Origin: an uncultured euryarchaeote | GTDB taxonomy: Archaea > Thermoplasmatota > Poseidoniia > Poseidoniales > Poseidoniaceae | NCBI GenBank assembly: GCA_937899865.1 | Contig: CALBRH010000060.1 | Coordinates: forward strand, 18,933-82,932 | Direction: 5' to 3' | Length of the DNA: 64,000 nt | In this document: in pieces, positions 61,205-64,000 of the stretch | Layout of the letters: each line of letters opens with the position of its first letter | How positions within the stretch are numbered: the first letter of the stretch is position 1 | Made by a program: the position numbers and the translations under genes | Notes under the pieces: generated by a model | Told to the model about the DNA's origin: nothing | Seen by the model: only the letters and a program-made list of their open reading frames with translations | Database searches by the model: none

Positions 61205-62266
61205 TTGAGCAACATGGAAAGCATACCTAAAACCATGATGGCTTGGAAAAAAACCAAGCCTGAATTCGGTGGGTTTGAACTTCTTGAATCACAAGTTCCC
61301 AAACCAAAACAAGGGGAAGTTTTGGTGAAAACCCACTCTACATCGATTTGTGGTACTGATTTACATATTTGGAAATGGGACGATTGGGCTGCAGAAAACG
61401 TCCCCCCTGGAACAATTACTGGACATGAGACATGCGGCACTGTAGTTGGAATAGGGGAAGGAGTGTCAACTCATGAAATTGGTGATAAAATAGCTGTTGA
61501 ATGTCATTTGGCTTGCTGGAATTGCGACAGATGTGATGAGGGCAATGCACATATTTGTGAAGAGGGCGAAATATTTGGAGTACATTCAGATGGCGCCTTT
61601 GCTCAATATTTCACAATCCCCGCAGTAAATGCACGCCACTTACCAGAAAATCTACCCTTGGAATTAGCATCCATTCAAGATCCTCTTGGCAACGCTATTC
61701 ACACTTTGACCGGAGGACCGGTTAAAGATGCAACAGTTGCAATTCATGGTCTTGGACCAATTGGTTTGTTTGCGGTAAATGCGGCAAAAGCAATGGGTGC
61801 GAAATTAGTAATTGCAATAGATTGGGATAATCAAACAAGAATGAATTTAGCGAGAGAACTTGGTGCAGATATTGTGCTTGGTAAAGAAGATGATATTATT
61901 GATACAATTTTATCACATACTAATGGCAAAGGAGTGGATAATAGCTGTGAATTTTCTGGCTCACCAACCGCTTTATCCAACACAATTTATTCAACCAGAA
62001 TGGGCGGTTATGTCAACATTTTATCAGTATACGGCAATAAACTAACAGAAGTTCCAATGAATGATATAGTGTTCCGCTATTTACATGTCAAAGGCATTAA
62101 TGGTCGTAAGATGTGGTCAACATGGGATAAGATGCATGAGCTATTAAGTGCAAATAAAATTGATATAAACACATTAGTGACTCACAGGATAAACTACCAA
62201 GAATATCCAAAAGGCATTGAATTAGCCATGAGTGGAGATTGCGGCAAAATCATAATGGATTTCTAA
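61205..62266 (+). CDS. tdh: L-threonine 3-dehydrogenase (Zn-dependent)
   Basis: ICGTDLHIWKWDDWA, GHE, CWNCDRC...C structural Zn site, QDPLGNAIHT, GLGPIG, GINGRKMW. Confidence 0.88.
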   Translation: MSNMESIPKTMMAWKKTKPEFGGFELLESQVPKPKQGEVLVKTHSTSICGTDLHIWKWDDWAAENVPPGTITGHETCGTVVGIGEGVSTHEIGDKIAVECHLACWNCDRCDEGNAHICEEGEIFGVHSDGAFAQYFTIPAVNARHLPENLPLELASIQDPLGNAIHTLTGGPVKDATVAIHGLGPIGLFAVNAAKAMGAKLVIAIDWDNQTRMNLARELGADIVLGKEDDIIDTILSHTNGKGVDNSCEFSGSPTALSNTIYSTRMGGYVNILSVYGNKLTEVPMNDIVFRYLHVKGINGRKMWSTWDKMHELLSANKIDINTLVTHRINYQEYPKGIELAMSGDCGKIIMDF

Positions 62267-63837
62267 GCATCTACCCATTTGTATTTTCTAGCGCCTTCTA
62301 AGACTCCAGAATCACCGATTTCGACTAAGGCGAATTCACCTTCCGGTGCAATTACACTACCATTTTGCAGACCTTTGTGCAGGTTCTCATAGGTTATGTG
62401 ATCGATTGCAATTCTACCGGCCAATCTTTCAAACAAATGCCATCTTGAGACGACTTCACGCCATCTTGGTGAGACCTTTCCTTCGAAAACCTTAGCCTTA
62501 GCACCCGAACCATAACCACACAAACCGAACAACATATTGTCTAGATTGACATTTTCTTCTAAGTCTGACTCAAAAGTAGACATAAGTGCTAGGAAAATCG
62601 AACCGGTGTATTGATTTCCAATCAAACTACTTGCACGTTGACCTTTTTCAATACGGCTTGCGTGAAATTCCATGTATTGTGGAGTCTTTGAAATTGCTCT
62701 GCGATAGCCATCCATTGCCTTTTCCCATATTTCGATGATAACTGGATCATCAGAGTTGTGAGGTTCAGGAGCTGGGCCTAATTGTTTAGCAACATCTGCC
62801 CACATTTCGGTATCTTCTCTATCATGTCTAAACACATCAGGGAACATTCTTTTGGCTTGATAAGCATATGGTAAATGCATGATTATTCTCCCCCATTGTT
62901 CTGTGAATCTTTCATCTTCTTCAGGATTATATCTTCCTGAGCGTTCAGCCTTTTGGCTAAAGTTATGGAAAGCCTGCCTTACCGCTTGTTGATAACAACG
63001 GTTGGAGAATTGACCATCAAAAACTGGCTCATCACGATGAACGCTAACCTTTTCTTCACCATGTGCGAAAATACCTAATTTTCTAACAGTTGAAGCCGGC
63101 AGATGGCGAATCATTCGCTCAACTATTCCCTTCTTAATTGATTGACCCGCCTCTTGAGCAAGGGTCATTACATTACTGATAATCGATTTAACAGAAACCT
63201 CTCTTCGAGGTTTGAAGAAATCATGGACCGGGGTTGTCGATACGCCAATTATGTCAGGAATTTCTAACAAACGAGGGTTTCTTCGGATTAAAATGGCTCC
63301 ACCACCGGCGCCTTGAGTATATTCCCCTGCAGATTCAAGAGCATACTTTGCATTATCCGAGAAAATAACAATACCAATTCTTTCATCTTCATCAGTTGAG
63401 CGAGCAACCCAGTCAAGGGTATTGTGCATGGCATCAACAGCTCCAATACAAGCAAAAGTCATGTCAACAACGTCGCAATTTCTAAAACAATCAGCACCAT
63501 ATCTTTCAGAATATCTTTGAGTCAACATATCAACAATGTATGTTGCAGTAGGTTTAGCACCATCAAGAGCGGATTCTGTACCAAGATACATACGACCGAT
63601 ATTATTTGGGTCCAAACCGTTTCTATCAATTAGATTCATTACAGCATTAGCACCCATCGTTGCAGTGTCTTCATGAACATCTGGTATTGACATTGCTTTT
63701 AGGCCCAGTCCTTTGTTTAACTTGCCATAATCCTCTCCTCGAAGATCAGCAAAATCCTTCATATCCATGTACAATCTTGGAAAATGAATTGCCACGTCAT
63801 CAATGCCTACGCACACAGAGTTATCGGCTCCCATCAA
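62263..63837 (-). CDS. mvaS: Hydroxymethylglutaryl-CoA synthase, bacterial-type
   Basis: GTESALDGAKP, catalytic FACIGA, GEYTQGAG, DFFKP, FDGQFSN, HLPY, GNQYTGS, GYGSG. Confidence 0.9.
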   Translation of the reverse strand: MMGADNSVCVGIDDVAIHFPRLYMDMKDFADLRGEDYGKLNKGLGLKAMSIPDVHEDTATMGANAVMNLIDRNGLDPNNIGRMYLGTESALDGAKPTATYIVDMLTQRYSERYGADCFRNCDVVDMTFACIGAVDAMHNTLDWVARSTDEDERIGIVIFSDNAKYALESAGEYTQGAGGGAILIRRNPRLLEIPDIIGVSTTPVHDFFKPRREVSVKSIISNVMTLAQEAGQSIKKGIVERMIRHLPASTVRKLGIFAHGEEKVSVHRDEPVFDGQFSNRCYQQAVRQAFHNFSQKAERSGRYNPEEDERFTEQWGRIIMHLPYAYQAKRMFPDVFRHDREDTEMWADVAKQLGPAPEPHNSDDPVIIEIWEKAMDGYRRAISKTPQYMEFHASRIEKGQRASSLIGNQYTGSIFLALMSTFESDLEENVNLDNMLFGLCGYGSGAKAKVFEGKVSPRWREVVSRWHLFERLAGRIAIDHITYENLHKGLQNGSVIAPEGEFALVEIGDSGVLEGARKYKWVDA

Positions 63838-63902
63838 ATTTTGGCGAGATTTCCGAGTATTTGAATGCCTATCTAATAATTAAGTCGTAAATCAGTATTT
63901 CT

Positions 63903-64000
63903 TTACATCTCGTCTTCAGGCAATACTGGCATTTCTAAATCTTGTTTAGCCCATAATACATCATCTATTCTAAGAATGGAAATTGCAACTTCAGTAGCAC
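63903..64000 (-). CDS. Thermosome (group II chaperonin) subunit, C-terminal fragment; not in the ORF track
   Basis: Minus strand translates ATEVAISILRIDDVLWAKQDLEMPVLPEDEM*, containing the conserved ATE.A..ILRIDD chaperonin C-terminal motif. Confidence 0.85.
   Translation of the reverse strand, partial: ATEVAISILRIDDVLWAKQDLEMPVLPEDEM

Overview
Chromosomal window from a marine euryarchaeote, most consistent with Marine Group II (Ca. Poseidoniales). Archaeal markers are GGGP synthase, ribosomal protein LX/L18Ae, prefoldin alpha, a thermosome fragment and a beta-CASP nuclease. These sit alongside a blue-tuned proteorhodopsin, several large secreted or anchored peptidases and several bacterial-type metabolic genes (GSII, HMG-CoA synthase, KatG, UvrA, RluA). 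About 57 CDS and one tRNA-Leu(GAG) are supported; no transposase, integrase, CRISPR array or rRNA was seen. Main observations: (1) a candidate replication origin in the AT-rich 44.7-45.05 kb intergenic region, with two G-string ORB elements plus a mini-ORB and no cdc6/orc1 in the window; (2) a strand-composition switch at the same place, which would make the leading strand C-rich, the reverse of the usual polarity; (3) a MamK-like actin gene followed by a long segmented coiled-coil protein, a candidate two-gene cytoskeletal module; (4) a 101-nt structured hairpin between proteorhodopsin and purQ; (5) a tail-anchored pseudo-receiver; (6) a tRNA-adjacent pentapeptide-repeat gene with alternating constant/variable DNA repeats. 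All family assignments come from motif recognition by eye; no database search was run. Several start codons were moved downstream of the ORF-track start, as noted in the evidence.
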